Source: Candidatus Doudnabacteria bacterium RIFCSPHIGHO2_01_FULL_46_14
Lineage (GTDB): Bacteria; Patescibacteriota; Doudnabacteria; UBA920; 2-01-FULL-46-14
Length of the DNA stretch: 64,000 bases
Assembly (NCBI GenBank): GCA_001779925.1
Contig: MFEK01000016.1
Location: 142,504-206,503, forward strand
Direction of reading: 5' to 3'
Part shown: positions 27,340-37,705 of the stretch, one piece after another
Numbering within the stretch: position 1 is the first letter of the stretch
Layout: every line of letters begins with the position of its first letter
The notes under the pieces: model-generated
What the model was told of the DNA's origin: nothing
The model's database searches: none
What the model saw: only the letters and a program-made list of their open reading frames with translations
Position numbers and translations under genes: made by a program

Positions 27340-28743
27340 ATGATCGATTTCCTACGCCAAATTCTCGGTCAACGAATCCTTAATTACTACCACCTTGTTT
27401 GCGCTATAATCGCTAACATTCTTTATGGTTTCCCTTCACGCAAGCTACATGTCATCGGGGTGACTGGCACGGATGGAAAAACTACGACCGTAAATATGAT
27501 TGCCAGTATTCTGCGCGCGGCAGGGCTGCCAACCGCGCATCTCTCCACTGTGAATGCGCAGATCGGCGATAAAGTTTATGACACCGGTCTTCATACGACA
27601 ACTCCCAGTCCGTTTCTACTTCAGAAACTAATTCGCAGAGCAGTCAATGCTGCATCATTTTTTTTGGTGCTAGAGGTGACCTCGCACGCGCTTGATCAAT
27701 ATCGGACCTGGGGAATAAAATTTGAAACTGCGGTCATCACCAATATCAGCCATGAACATTTGGATTATCACAAGGGTTTATCAAGTTATATGGCGGCGAA
27801 AGGGAGAATTTTTAAGAATGTGGAATATGGAATATTGAATATGGATGATGGGAGTTATGAATATTTTTCAAAGATTCACCCCCACCTAACCTCCCCCCTC
27901 GAGGGGGAGGAATTAAAACGCGAGCAGCTATTGACCTATGGACTGACTGCAAATGCCAAAGTCTGGGCGGATAATATTGAGGAAAGTCTGATTGCTACAA
28001 AATTTAGAGTACACCCGCCAGACAGCAAGGCAGGTGCTATGGCAGAAACGATTTCGATTGAGTTAAACCTGCCCGGCAAATTTAATGTTTATAATGCGCT
28101 GGCGGCGATTAGCGTGGGGGTAAATTATAATGTTGCTCCAGAGGCAATCCAAAAGGGATTAAGGGGAGTAAGTCGGATTCCTGGACGGCTGGAATTCATC
28201 ACCCCTCCCTCAGTCCCTCCCCATCAAGCCTACCCCAAAAGCGAGTACGCTTTCGGGGGACCCCGGCAAGGGGAGGGAAGAATGCGGGTCATGGTGGATT
28301 TTGCGCATACGCCGAATGCGATTGAAAATCTGATGCAGTTTCTGCGGCCGAAAATCAGCGGGAAGATTATCCACGTGTTCGGCAGTGCCGGAGAGCGCGA
28401 TGTTACAAAGCGGCCGCTCATGGGCGCGGCTTCTGATAAATATGCGGACATCATTGTCCTGACGCGCGAGGATAATCGAAGCGAGCAAGTCCAAGATATC
28501 TGCGTGCAAATCGCGCAAGGGATTACGCGCAAGCAGAATGGCAAAGAATACTTTATAATTCCGGATAGGCGGGAAGCGATCAGAACCGCCCTTCGACTGG
28601 CTCAGGGCAGTGACGATTTGATAATCGTCACTGGCAAAGGCCACGAGCAGAGTTTGAATGTGGGTGGCGTGGAAACTCCGTGGGATGATAGGGAAATAGT
28701 TAGAGAAGTCGCCTCTTCGGCGACCAGCCGAGGAGGCGGGTAA
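27340..28743 (+). CDS. Mur ligase family protein (MurE/MurF-like) with two in-frame GC-rich repeat insertions
   Basis: VIGVTGTDGKTTT P-loop and Mur ligase middle/C-terminal domains. Inserts at 27877-27915 and 28198-28285. Confidence 0.75.
   Translation: MIDFLRQILGQRILNYYHLVCAIIANILYGFPSRKLHVIGVTGTDGKTTTVNMIASILRAAGLPTAHLSTVNAQIGDKVYDTGLHTTTPSPFLLQKLIRRAVNAASFFLVLEVTSHALDQYRTWGIKFETAVITNISHEHLDYHKGLSSYMAAKGRIFKNVEYGILNMDDGSYEYFSKIHPHLTSPLEGEELKREQLLTYGLTANAKVWADNIEESLIATKFRVHPPDSKAGAMAETISIELNLPGKFNVYNALAAISVGVNYNVAPEAIQKGLRGVSRIPGRLEFITPPSVPPHQAYPKSEYAFGGPRQGEGRMRVMVDFAHTPNAIENLMQFLRPKISGKIIHVFGSAGERDVTKRPLMGAASDKYADIIVLTREDNRSEQVQDICVQIAQGITRKQNGKEYFIIPDRREAIRTALRLAQGSDDLIIVTGKGHEQSLNVGGVETPWDDREIVREVASSATSRGGG
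27877..27915. repeat. GC-rich palindromic repeat in frame in the Mur ligase gene (encodes HPHLTSPLEGEEL)
   Basis: 37/39 identical to 25285-25322. Confidence 0.8.
28198..28285. repeat. Composite GC-rich repeat in frame in the Mur ligase gene (encodes PPSVPPHQAYPKSEYAFGGPRQGEGR)
   Basis: CCCTCCCTCAGTCCCTCCCC ... GGGGGACCCCGGCAAGGGGAGGGAAG. Confidence 0.65.
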
Positions 28744-28745
28744 GT

Positions 28746-29186
28746 ATGGAACTATATATAGATACAACAGAGCAAGGGGTTATCAAGCTACAATTATACA
28801 GTGGTGAGAAAGTTATAGGGAAATCAAGAAAGCAAACTTTGAAAATTTCCGAATCATTACTTCCGGAGATTGAAAAATTGTTAAAAAAACATGGAGTTAA
28901 ATTTGTAGACTTGAAAAAAATTTCGGTTAATCCGGGTCCGGGAGGTTTTTCTTCAACGCGCACTGGGGTGGCTACTGCCAACGCTTTGAATTATGCTTTA
29001 GGGGTTAATAAAATAGTTTTGTCCGTTTATGACAAGGAACCGAATATAACAAAAGCAAAGCTTCTCCCCCTCATGAGGGGGAGACAGAGAGGGGGTCGTA
29101 GAATTAGAATTAACAAGACCTCACCTAAGCCCTCCTCCCAGCCTATGCCAGAGGCTTCGGCGGGCACAGCACGAGGAGGGGGATAA
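28746..29186 (+). CDS. Truncated TsaB-like protein (YeaZ N-terminal half) with a repeat-encoded C-terminal tail
   Basis: NPGPGGFSSTRTGVATANALNYALGV matches the TsaB GPGSFTGxRIG motif. The last ~40 aa are encoded by GC-rich repeats 29061-29186. Confidence 0.5.
   Translation: MELYIDTTEQGVIKLQLYSGEKVIGKSRKQTLKISESLLPEIEKLLKKHGVKFVDLKKISVNPGPGGFSSTRTGVATANALNYALGVNKIVLSVYDKEPNITKAKLLPLMRGRQRGGRRIRINKTSPKPSSQPMPEASAGTARGGG
29061..29186. repeat. Two GC-rich palindromic repeats (TCTCCCCCTCATGAGGGGGAGA.. and CCCTCCTCCC..GAGGAGGGGG) forming the 3' end of the TsaB-like ORF
   Basis: Subtype shared with 49-95 and 2381-2422. Confidence 0.7.
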
Positions 29187-29190
29187 TACC

Positions 29191-30099
29191 ATGGCCGTCA
29201 TTGAAGTAAAAAATTTAAAAAAATCTTTTGCCAATGTTGAGGCTGTAAAAGGCCTTAGTTTTGAGGTCAAAGAAGGAGAAATTTTCGGACTCTTAGGGCC
29301 GAATGGCGCTGGCAAAACTACAACTCTGGAAATTCTCGAGGGCTTGAAAGATCCTGACAGCGGTGAGGTTAAAATTTTTAATCATGAAGGAAATAGCGCC
29401 AGTGCGCGTGATAAGATCGGCATAGTTCTACAGCAGAGCGGGTTTTTCGAGTATTTGACCATTGAGGAACTGCTCAGATTGTTTGCGTCTTTTTATAAAA
29501 AAACCGTGCCGCTCGCAGATTTGATTGAGCAGTTTGAACTCGGCAAGATTTTGCACAGCAGGTATCATGAACTTTCCGGGGGGCAAAAACAGAGGTTTGT
29601 TTTGGCCATCGCGCTTATTCACCAGCCCAAACTCTTGTTTTTGGATGAGCCGACCATAGGTCTCGATCCGCAAGTCCGGCAAAAATTTTGGGACATCATT
29701 ATCAACCTTCAAGAAAATGGGATGACCATTATTTTGACCACACATTATATGGAAGAAGCAGAGATACTTTGTGACAGAGTCGCCATTATAGACAAAGGCA
29801 AGATCATTGCCTCAGACCGGCCCGTGAAACTCATCAATTCTCTGGGGATTGTGTCGCGCATCAAATTTATGTCCTCCAAACCGATCAATGTCGCAGAACT
29901 CGAAGATCTTTCCGGAGTTTTGAATGCACGCCGCGACCGCTATACTTATGATCTCGAGACAGACAAGCCAGAGGTAGCATTGCGGGAGCTGCTCGAATGG
30001 GAAAAACAGTACAATGGCAAGATTTTTAATCTGCAGGTTCAACAAGCAACATTAGAAGACGTTTTTTTAAAGCTCACAGGCCATTCGTTAGGAGAGTGA
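29191..30099 (+). CDS. ABC transporter ATP-binding protein (ABC-2 type)
   Basis: Walker A GLLGPNGAGKTTT, signature LSGGQKQR, Walker B LLFLDEPT. Confidence 0.85.
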   Translation: MAVIEVKNLKKSFANVEAVKGLSFEVKEGEIFGLLGPNGAGKTTTLEILEGLKDPDSGEVKIFNHEGNSASARDKIGIVLQQSGFFEYLTIEELLRLFASFYKKTVPLADLIEQFELGKILHSRYHELSGGQKQRFVLAIALIHQPKLLFLDEPTIGLDPQVRQKFWDIIINLQENGMTIILTTHYMEEAEILCDRVAIIDKGKIIASDRPVKLINSLGIVSRIKFMSSKPINVAELEDLSGVLNARRDRYTYDLETDKPEVALRELLEWEKQYNGKIFNLQVQQATLEDVFLKLTGHSLGE

Positions 30100-30217
30100 A
30101 ATTTCTAATCGACCTAATTATTCTAATTTCTAAATAATGTTTAAGCTCCAATTCCCAAATAAAAATTTAGACATTAATCTTCAGTGTTTTTAGGTTAATT
30201 AGAGTAATTAGAAATCC
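30100..30217. repeat. AT-rich intergenic repeat (copy 2) abutting the ATG of the ABC-2 permease
   Basis: AATTTCTAAATAATG and TTTAGGTTAATTAGAGTAATTAGAAAT boxes. An extra AATTTCTAAT at 30100. Confidence 0.65.
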
Positions 30218-30961
30218 ATGAATTTATTGGTTCTCACTTTTCTAAAAATTTTTTTCCGCAACCGGCGGGCAATATTTTTTGTGCTGCTGCTGCCGGCCGG
30301 AATTTTCCTCATCCTTTCGTTCATGCGCGTCGAGCAGATTATCCAGTTTGATATCGGCCTTCCTTATACGGATTTTTTGCTTGCCGGTATCATGGCGTAC
30401 GCCATCATGCAGATGGGAATCTATACTGTTTCGTATTCATTCATTGATTATAGAAAACAAACGGTTCTGAAACGTTTATCCGTGACACCGCTTTCCAGCA
30501 AGCAGTTTCTGCAGGCCCACAGCGTGGCTCGGTTTATAGTTGCGCTGATCCAGGTCGCGCTCCTGTTCGGCATTGGCATGATTGCGTTCGGTTCGCGGCC
30601 GAGCGGTAGTATTTGGTTTCTACCGCTGGTTATCCTTTTAGGGAGCGTGGCATTTCTCAATTTTGGTTATGTGATCTCTTCCTTGGCCAGAGATTATGAA
30701 GAAGCGGCCCCTTATACGGCTATAGTTGGGCTGGGCCTGGGATTTTTAGGGGATGTATTTTTTCCTGTCGCCAATTTGCCCATATTTCTGCAAAACATTG
30801 CTCAGATCCTACCCATGGCTGCATTATCCGGCGCAATGCGCTATAGTTTATATGGCATCCAGGGCGAACAGTTTGTCTACAATTTGTTGGTTCTGACAGG
30901 CTGGTTTATTCTCGGAACCGCAGCGGCCAATGCCATTTTTGCAAAAAGAGCTTATAAATAA
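30218..30961 (+). CDS. ABC-2 family transporter permease
   Basis: Six TM helices, follows the ABC ATPase. Confidence 0.7.
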   Translation: MNLLVLTFLKIFFRNRRAIFFVLLLPAGIFLILSFMRVEQIIQFDIGLPYTDFLLAGIMAYAIMQMGIYTVSYSFIDYRKQTVLKRLSVTPLSSKQFLQAHSVARFIVALIQVALLFGIGMIAFGSRPSGSIWFLPLVILLGSVAFLNFGYVISSLARDYEEAAPYTAIVGLGLGFLGDVFFPVANLPIFLQNIAQILPMAALSGAMRYSLYGIQGEQFVYNLLVLTGWFILGTAAANAIFAKRAYK

Positions 30962-30970
30962 TTTTTTCTC

Positions 30971-31621
30971 ATGACCCCGCATTTTCTCATTGTTCACCAT
31001 TCGTTCACCCCAAAAGATCTGCCCGCCAATCAGGCGGAAAACTCTTTTAATAATACCCATAAAAATCGGGGCTTCCCTGTTTCTTCCATGGGCTGGTATG
31101 TTGGGTACCACTATGTGATTTATGGCAACGGCGAACTGCGGCAATATCGCGGCGATAAAGAGATCGGCGCTCACTGCAAAGAGCAAAGCATGAATTTCCA
31201 GAGTTTGGGAATTTGTTTGTCAGGAAATTTTGATACTGAAATACCCAATCCTCTGCAGACGGAAACGTTGCGTACCCTGCTCCAGCAAAAATCAGCCGAA
31301 TGGGGCATCGCGTCTGCCAATATTTATCCGCATCGAAAATTCGCGCCTTATAAATCCTGTTATGGCACCAAGCTCGCTGATGATTGGGCGAGGAATTTAA
31401 TTGTTAGCGTTAATCCAATTAATCAAGGAGAAAACAGAGCTGTGATTATCAAAAAACAAGGAGAACCCGCGCTTTATATTCTCGAAGGAAATGTTGCCTT
31501 GCCGTTCGGGGTAGATTTTACTACATATCAGCAGGATTTTGGCGGGGCTACGGTCGTGGAACTCGCCTCTTTCGAGTTTGCCAAACTGAAAATTTCTGTA
31601 ATGAAGATTGTAAAGGCATGA
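30971..31621 (+). CDS. N-acetylmuramoyl-L-alanine amidase (Amidase_2/PGRP domain)
   Basis: HHSFTP...GYHYVI...H...C Amidase_2 zinc-ligand pattern. Confidence 0.7.
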   Translation: MTPHFLIVHHSFTPKDLPANQAENSFNNTHKNRGFPVSSMGWYVGYHYVIYGNGELRQYRGDKEIGAHCKEQSMNFQSLGICLSGNFDTEIPNPLQTETLRTLLQQKSAEWGIASANIYPHRKFAPYKSCYGTKLADDWARNLIVSVNPINQGENRAVIIKKQGEPALYILEGNVALPFGVDFTTYQQDFGGATVVELASFEFAKLKISVMKIVKA

Positions 31622-31938
31622 TTTCCTACGAGGATTTTCAAAAACTGGAAATAAAAATCGGCAAGATCGAGGCTGCGGAAAGAATTATTGGCTCAGACAA
31701 GCTTTTGAAGCTTCAGGTTGACCTTGGGGACAGTCAGCGCCAGATCATTGCCGGCATAGGCCGATTTCACGATCCGGAGGATATCATTGGGCATGAGATT
31801 GTAGTTTTAACCAATTTGGAACATCGCACTTTGATGGGTTTTGAATCGCAAGGCATGCTCCTGGCCGCAGATACAGAAGAGGGGTCGGTTTTGCTGCGCC
31901 CTGACAGAGAAGTCCCGCCGGGAACAGGGATAAAGTAA
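31618..31938 (+). CDS. tRNA-binding domain protein (CsaA/Trbp111/EMAP-like)
   Basis: KIGKIEAAERIIGSDKLLKLQVDLGD..RQIIAGI is a typical OB-fold tRNA-binding signature. Confidence 0.7.
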   Translation: MISYEDFQKLEIKIGKIEAAERIIGSDKLLKLQVDLGDSQRQIIAGIGRFHDPEDIIGHEIVVLTNLEHRTLMGFESQGMLLAADTEEGSVLLRPDREVPPGTGIK

Positions 31939-31971
31939 ACTGATAACTCATAATTCAGAACTCATAATCTC

Positions 31972-32421
31972 ATGAAGGCCAGACTCACAATTATATTTAC
32001 GCTGATTGCATTGCTTGTTATTGGCGTGCTCTGGTCGGTTGTCAGAAAATCTGCACCAAATGAAAATAATAATCCTGAACCGGACAAGGATGTTGCAGCC
32101 AACGGGAATATCAAACTGTTTTCTCCGCTTCCGAACGGTGTGATTCATAGTCCAGTCTCGGTGCGCGGAGAAGCGCGCGGCAACTGGTATTTTGAGGCGA
32201 GTTTTCCTGTCAGGCTTGAGGATGCGAATGGCAAAATTATTATTCAAACCCATGCTGAGGCTAAGGGAGACTGGATGACCACAAATTTTGTGCCATTTGA
32301 ACTCGATTTGAGCTTTGGCGCCCCACAGACTGACACTGGATTCTTGGTTTTGGAAAACGATAACCCGTCCGGCTTGCCAGAAAACCATAAGGAACTGCGA
32401 ATCCCTGTAAGATTCAAATAA
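31972..32421 (+). CDS. Secreted Gmad2-like immunoglobulin-fold protein
   Basis: Signal peptide. Pattern SPVSVRGEARGNWYFEASFPVRLEDANG matches the Gmad2 family. Confidence 0.55.
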   Translation: MKARLTIIFTLIALLVIGVLWSVVRKSAPNENNNPEPDKDVAANGNIKLFSPLPNGVIHSPVSVRGEARGNWYFEASFPVRLEDANGKIIIQTHAEAKGDWMTTNFVPFELDLSFGAPQTDTGFLVLENDNPSGLPENHKELRIPVRFK

Positions 32422-32515
32422 CCCACAAGCCTTTTTAAGGGAAGGTTTTGCACTATGAAACCTCGCTTATAATTGAAAAGCGCCGCGGTAGAGTCTCTCG
32501 CGACGCTTTTTTGGG

Positions 32516-32767
32516 TCAGCCCTTGGGGGCAAAATCTCTCCCCTCTGCCGGTGTGAATTTTCCCGCTCTGACAGCTTCCTTATCCGGATAGACAGTAATT
32601 GTGCCATGCAAGAAACGTCGAAAATCCTCAACAAACCCATCGTATCGTTTGGCGCGCTCCCAGTCGCTTCGAGCGATGGCTCTGTTACGCAGCTTTTCAT
32701 ACCGCTGCCGTTCGATACCGGCCGCCGCAAAATCATTCATGTGTTTCAGATCTCCAAGACCTCTCAT
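32516..32767 (-). CDS. Small hypothetical protein (83 aa)
   Basis: RBS AGGAGG upstream. No known motif. Confidence 0.35.
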   Translation of the reverse strand: MRGLGDLKHMNDFAAAGIERQRYEKLRNRAIARSDWERAKRYDGFVEDFRRFLHGTITVYPDKEAVRAGKFTPAEGRDFAPKG

Positions 32768-32882
32768 GAACTCCTCCTAATTTGATTTAATTGTTTGTAT
32801 TTCTTGAATCGCCGATTGCAGCCGTTCGAGCACGAAAAGATTGTTACTTAACTGGTACACTATCTTCGTTTCGATTCGAGAA

Positions 32883-33233
32883 CTAATGTTTATGTTCATG
32901 AGGCTCCATCGCTTTGGTAAGGTAGGCGACCAGCATTTCGCTGAACAAATTTTGCGCATCCACAATGATGCACCAGCAGAGTCTGGACCTTCTTTGTCGC
33001 AGTTGGTGTTGTTCGTTGAGTCGGTCTTGTAATATGTTGATGGTTTCTCGCGCTGGGCCGGTTAGGTTGAGCGGCGCATCTAGCTCTTTTACTTTTTGGT
33101 CTATTTCCAAAACCTCTCTTGCCATTCTGGCAAGGTCGGACTGGCCAGCAATGTCTTCAATAGACAATTTTCGCAAACCTTCAAGAATCGTCTCTTGAAA
33201 CGCTAACGTCGACGCTTCGACTAAGGGTCTCAT
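32883..33233 (-). CDS. Small hypothetical protein (116 aa), possibly frameshifted. The overlapping ORF 32777-32965 continues a coiled-coil-like sequence
   Basis: Two overlapping minus-strand ORFs in different frames. Confidence 0.3.
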   Translation of the reverse strand: MRPLVEASTLAFQETILEGLRKLSIEDIAGQSDLARMAREVLEIDQKVKELDAPLNLTGPARETINILQDRLNEQHQLRQRRSRLCWCIIVDAQNLFSEMLVAYLTKAMEPHEHKH

Positions 33234-33389
33234 GGGTTCTCCTTTTTTGATGTTAATGAACTTTTATGACTATACACCGCGACAAGATTATGGTAAATTA
33301 ACATTGAAAATATTTTCTTTGGGCATATATATTTGCCTTATTTAAGGGATTTTTTGAGTAAATATTTCGTCAAAAATAATTGACAAATA

Positions 33390-34139
33390 ATGAAAAATAA
33401 TTTGATATCATGGCTGCAAGCCACCGGATTGGATGAACAAAGGGCTAATATTTATTTAACTCTTTTGGGCCAGGGGGAGGCTACAGCCAAGCAAATTGCA
33501 GAACTTGTAAATGTAGGGAGAACGGCGGTGTATGATAATCTCCGAGTTTTGCAGAATCACGGATATGTAAATATGGTGCGGCAAGGCAGGCGGCAAATTT
33601 ATTTGCCTTTGCATCCCGATGAGCTTTATAGAAAATTTGAAAGTCAAAAACAGCAGCTAAAAGACTTGTTGCCGGATTTTTTGTCACTGTATGCGGAAAA
33701 AGACTCCCGGCCGTTTGTCCAAGCTTTTCAAGGGCATTTTGCGGCCAGAGAGGTTTATGAAGATATCTTGCGAGTGGCCGAAAAGGAATATATTTACGTT
33801 TCTCCTTCTGAATTGACTTTGCAAGTAGTGGATCGGCGCTTCATCGAAGATTGGATAAAGCGCCGGGTCGCCAAAGGCATTCACAGTAGGTCACTGCGGG
33901 TAAAAGCCAAAATAGTTCCGAATCAGGCAATTTTTAATGACGAGGCAAAGTATTTGCGCCAGATCCGTTATTTGCCTAGCTACGTTGATTTACTGGCTTC
34001 TGTTTATGTTTACGGCAATAATATTGGAGTGATTTCTACAAAAAGAGAAGGGAGTGCTTTTATCATCCATTCCCCAGATTTCGCTTTTACCTTGCGCCAG
34101 GTTTTTGATTTTTTGTGGACTATCTCCAGCAAGTCATAA
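33390..34139 (+). CDS. TrmB-family transcriptional regulator (paralog 3), immediately upstream of rpoB
   Basis: wHTH TAKQIAELVNVGRTAVYDNLRVLQNHGYV. Upstream palindrome GTCAAaaataaTTGAC at 33364-33379. Confidence 0.75.
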   Translation: MKNNLISWLQATGLDEQRANIYLTLLGQGEATAKQIAELVNVGRTAVYDNLRVLQNHGYVNMVRQGRRQIYLPLHPDELYRKFESQKQQLKDLLPDFLSLYAEKDSRPFVQAFQGHFAAREVYEDILRVAEKEYIYVSPSELTLQVVDRRFIEDWIKRRVAKGIHSRSLRVKAKIVPNQAIFNDEAKYLRQIRYLPSYVDLLASVYVYGNNIGVISTKREGSAFIIHSPDFAFTLRQVFDFLWTISSKS

Positions 34140-34384
34140 CGCCAGCCTCGGGAGCGCTTGACTGGCCTTGACCCACCTCCGCCAAGGCTAGAGCGGGCAG
34201 GCAAGCGTTCACTTGACAAATTTTTTTAGACGAGTAAGATCAAGATATGGACAATACGGTGATACGGTAAGCCATTTAATTGGCCCTTTTTGTTTGTTGT
34301 ACAAAAGGGCATATTTTTGCGCCCCCAAGTCTAAAAAACCCCAATTTTATTAGGTAATTTTGTCAAGTAGGCAAATCTCTACAA

Positions 34385-37300
34385 ATGGCCAAAAAATCGT
34401 TATCCCAAAAATTACCGCAGAATTTGCCGATCAGAAAGAGTGAATCGGCAAAACGCAAGCGCTTTACCTCTGCGCCTGATGCCATGGATTTGCCCAATCT
34501 TATCGAGATGCAAACCCAGTCTTATCGGTGGTTTTTTGAGCATGGCCTTTCAGAACTGTTTGCGGAAATAAGCCCGGTCAAGGACTTCACTAGCAAAAAT
34601 TTGGAACTGCATTTTGGCAATTACTTTTTGGATCAGCCGAAATTTACAGAACTCGTTGCCAAGGAGCGCAACACTACCTTTGAAGCGCCACTTTATGTGC
34701 AGGTCAAACTGATAAACAAACCCAACAACAAAACAAAGACTCAGGATGTGTATCTCGGCGATTTCCCGCTCATGACTAACCGCGGTACATTTGTGATCAA
34801 TGGCGTGGAACGAGTCGTGGTCTCCCAGCTTATCAAATCGCCAGGCGTATTTTTCAGCTCCGCTTATTCGCGCGGCAGAAATTATTATGGCGGCAAGATT
34901 ATCCCGAATCGTGGAGCTTGGCTGGAACTCGACACAGACCTCAATGGCGTGATTGGCGTAAAGATTGACCGCAAACGCCGCATTCCGATTACTGCTTTAC
35001 TGCGCGTATTTGGTTTGACCTCCAATGAGGATATCTTGGCTGCGTTTGCAGATGTAGACACCAATCCGGACATGAAATACATTGAGACGACCCTGGAAAA
35101 GGATCCTTCGAAAAATCCTGACGAAGGATTCAAAGAGGTTTACAAAAGAATCCGTCCCGGGGATCTGGCCACAGTGGATAATGCAAGGTCGCTTATCGAG
35201 GCCATGTTTTTCAATTTTGATCGTTATGATCTCTCGCTTGTCGGGCGTTATAAATTCAATCAGCGCCTCAAGGTAGAGAAACGCGAGGATCGCATTTTAA
35301 CGAAAGAAGATCTTGTGGCTGTAGTTCGGGAAATTATCAGGCTTAACAACAGTCAGGAGCCAGCTGATGACATTGACCACCTTGCCAACCGCCGAGTACG
35401 CGCGGTCGGAGAGCTTATTCAGAGCAAATTCCGAGTGGGACTGCAGCGTATGTCCCGGATCGCCAAAGACCGAATGTCGCTTGCCGATTTGGATACAGTC
35501 ACGCCAGCCCAGCTCATTCATGTCCGGCCGATTGTCGCTGTAATGCAGGAGTTTTTCTCTTCATCCCAGCTCTCGCAGTTTATGGACCAGACCAATCCAC
35601 TCGCTGAGCTGGAGCACAAACGCCGCCTCTCTGCCATGGGTCCGGGCGGGTTGTCGCGTGAACGCGCCGGGTTTGAGGTTCGAGATGTGCACCGTTCCCA
35701 TTATGGCCGGCTTTGCCCGATTACTACGCCGGAAGGCCCGAACATCGGCTTGGTGGCCCACCTCGCAAGTTACGCGCGCATCAACGAATTTGGGTTTATT
35801 GAAACCCCATACCGCAAAGTCATCAAAGACGGCGACAAGGTTCAAGTTACTGACAATATAGAGTATTTGGATGCTTTCGAAGAAAGTCGGTTTATCATTG
35901 CCCAGGCTAACACTCCTTATGATGAAGCAGGTATTCTTACGGGCTTGCGGACGTCCGTGCGAATCCACGGCGAACCATCCATGACGCCGATTTCGGAAAT
36001 TGATTACATGGATGTTTCTCCCAAGCAAATCGTTTCCATTACCACTTCGCTCATTCCTTTCCTCGAGCATGATGACGCGAACCGCGCACTCATGGGTTCG
36101 AACATGCAACGACAGGCTGTGCCGTGCATTCGCCCGCAAGCTCCGATCGTCGGTACTGGCGTGGAAGAAAAAGCTGCTTTTGATTCTGGACAAGTCATTG
36201 TTTGCGAAGGCAGCGGCACAGTTTACAGTGTTACCGGCGACAAAATCATTGTGGCTGAGGATGACGGCAAGAAACGCGAATATTTGCTTAAAAAGTTTTT
36301 ACGTTCCAATACCTCGACCAGCATCAACCAAAAAACTATCGTGAAGCGCGGTGAAAAGGTTTTGCGCGGGCAGGCCTTGGCGGATGGTCCGGCTACGGAA
36401 AACGGAGAAATCGCTTTGGGTCAAAACGTGCTTGTGGCTTTCCTCTCCTGGAGCGGTTATAACTACGAAGATGCGATTATTATTTCTTCCCGGCTTGTGG
36501 AGCAGGATCGATTCAGTTCGATTCATATCGAAGATTTTAAAATTGATGTGCGCGATACCAAGCTTGGTCCGGAAATCGTGACGCGCGATATTCCGAATGT
36601 CGGCGAAGAAAAACTCAAAGACCTTGATGAAAATGGGGTTATCCGCATTGGTGCGCAGGTCAAAGCCGGCGATATTTTAGTAGGTAAGATTACACCGAAG
36701 GGCGAAACAGATTTGACTGCTGAGGAAAAACTCCTTCGAGTGATTTTTGGAGAGAAGGCGCGTGATGTTAAAGATACTTCGCTAAGCTTGCCGCACGGAG
36801 AGTATGGCAAAGTCGTGAACATTCGGGAGTTCTCCCGAGAAAAAGGCGACAAGCTCTCCTCCGGCGTGATCCGTTCGATTCAGGTTTCTGTTGCAGTCAT
36901 CCGCAAAGTCACAATGGGCGATAAAATGGCGGGCCGGCACGGTAACAAAGGGGTTATTTCTAAAATCGTGCCAATAGAGAATATGCCATTTATGGAGGAC
37001 GGTACGCCGATCGACATCATTCTCAATCCGTTGGGCGTGGCCTCACGTATGAACCTCGGTCAGATTCTGGAAACTCATTTGGGATTGGCAGCAAGCAAGC
37101 TTGGCTACAAAGCCGCTAGCCCGGTTCTGGACGGCGTGCCTGAAGAAATTATAAAAGAGGAGCTTGCCAAGGCTGGGTTCCCGCAGGACGGAAAGGTCCG
37201 CCTTTATGACGGCCGCACTGGCACTGCCTTCGATAATAAAGTCACGGTCGGCTACATTTATATCATGAAACTGCATCACCTTGTGGACGACAAGATGCAT

Positions 37301-37702
37301 GCGAGATCCACAGGGCCTTACTCGCTTATCACCCAGCAGCCGCTCGGCGGCAAAGCTCAGTTTGGCGGCCAGCGGTTTGGAGAAATGGAAGTCTGGGCGC
37401 TTGAAGGATATGGCGCGGCCCATACTCTGCAGGAAATGCTGACCATTAAATCTGACGATGTGGTGGGGCGGTCCAAGACCTATGAATCAATTGTTAAAGG
37501 CGAACCAATAAAAACTCCAAACGTCCCGGAATCTTTCCGCGTGCTGGTCAAAGAATTGCAGTCATTGTGTCTGGATGTGAATCTTGTAGAAGAGCAGGTC
37601 GCTGGCGATAGTGCTGGGGAAATCGGTGAGCTAACAAGCCCTGAACAGCAAGCAGTGGAAGAAGAGTTGCGAGAATTAAAACCCGAGAAAGCGAAAACCT
37701 AA
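34385..37702 (+). CDS. rpoB: DNA-directed RNA polymerase subunit beta
   Basis: Full-length conserved RpoB motifs (e.g. [25 protein letters not shown]). Confidence 0.95.
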   Translation: MAKKSLSQKLPQNLPIRKSESAKRKRFTSAPDAMDLPNLIEMQTQSYRWFFEHGLSELFAEISPVKDFTSKNLELHFGNYFLDQPKFTELVAKERNTTFEAPLYVQVKLINKPNNKTKTQDVYLGDFPLMTNRGTFVINGVERVVVSQLIKSPGVFFSSAYSRGRNYYGGKIIPNRGAWLELDTDLNGVIGVKIDRKRRIPITALLRVFGLTSNEDILAAFADVDTNPDMKYIETTLEKDPSKNPDEGFKEVYKRIRPGDLATVDNARSLIEAMFFNFDRYDLSLVGRYKFNQRLKVEKREDRILTKEDLVAVVREIIRLNNSQEPADDIDHLANRRVRAVGELIQSKFRVGLQRMSRIAKDRMSLADLDTVTPAQLIHVRPIVAVMQEFFSSSQLSQFMDQTNPLAELEHKRRLSAMGPGGLSRERAGFEVRDVHRSHYGRLCPITTPEGPNIGLVAHLASYARINEFGFIETPYRKVIKDGDKVQVTDNIEYLDAFEESRFIIAQANTPYDEAGILTGLRTSVRIHGEPSMTPISEIDYMDVSPKQIVSITTSLIPFLEHDDANRALMGSNMQRQAVPCIRPQAPIVGTGVEEKAAFDSGQVIVCEGSGTVYSVTGDKIIVAEDDGKKREYLLKKFLRSNTSTSINQKTIVKRGEKVLRGQALADGPATENGEIALGQNVLVAFLSWSGYNYEDAIIISSRLVEQDRFSSIHIEDFKIDVRDTKLGPEIVTRDIPNVGEEKLKDLDENGVIRIGAQVKAGDILVGKITPKGETDLTAEEKLLRVIFGEKARDVKDTSLSLPHGEYGKVVNIREFSREKGDKLSSGVIRSIQVSVAVIRKVTMGDKMAGRHGNKGVISKIVPIENMPFMEDGTPIDIILNPLGVASRMNLGQILETHLGLAASKLGYKAASPVLDGVPEEIIKEELAKAGFPQDGKVRLYDGRTGTAFDNKVTVGYIYIMKLHHLVDDKMHARSTGPYSLITQQPLGGKAQFGGQRFGEMEVWALEGYGAAHTLQEMLTIKSDDVVGRSKTYESIVKGEPIKTPNVPESFRVLVKELQSLCLDVNLVEEQVAGDSAGEIGELTSPEQQAVEEELRELKPEKAKT

Positions 37703-37705
37703 TAT

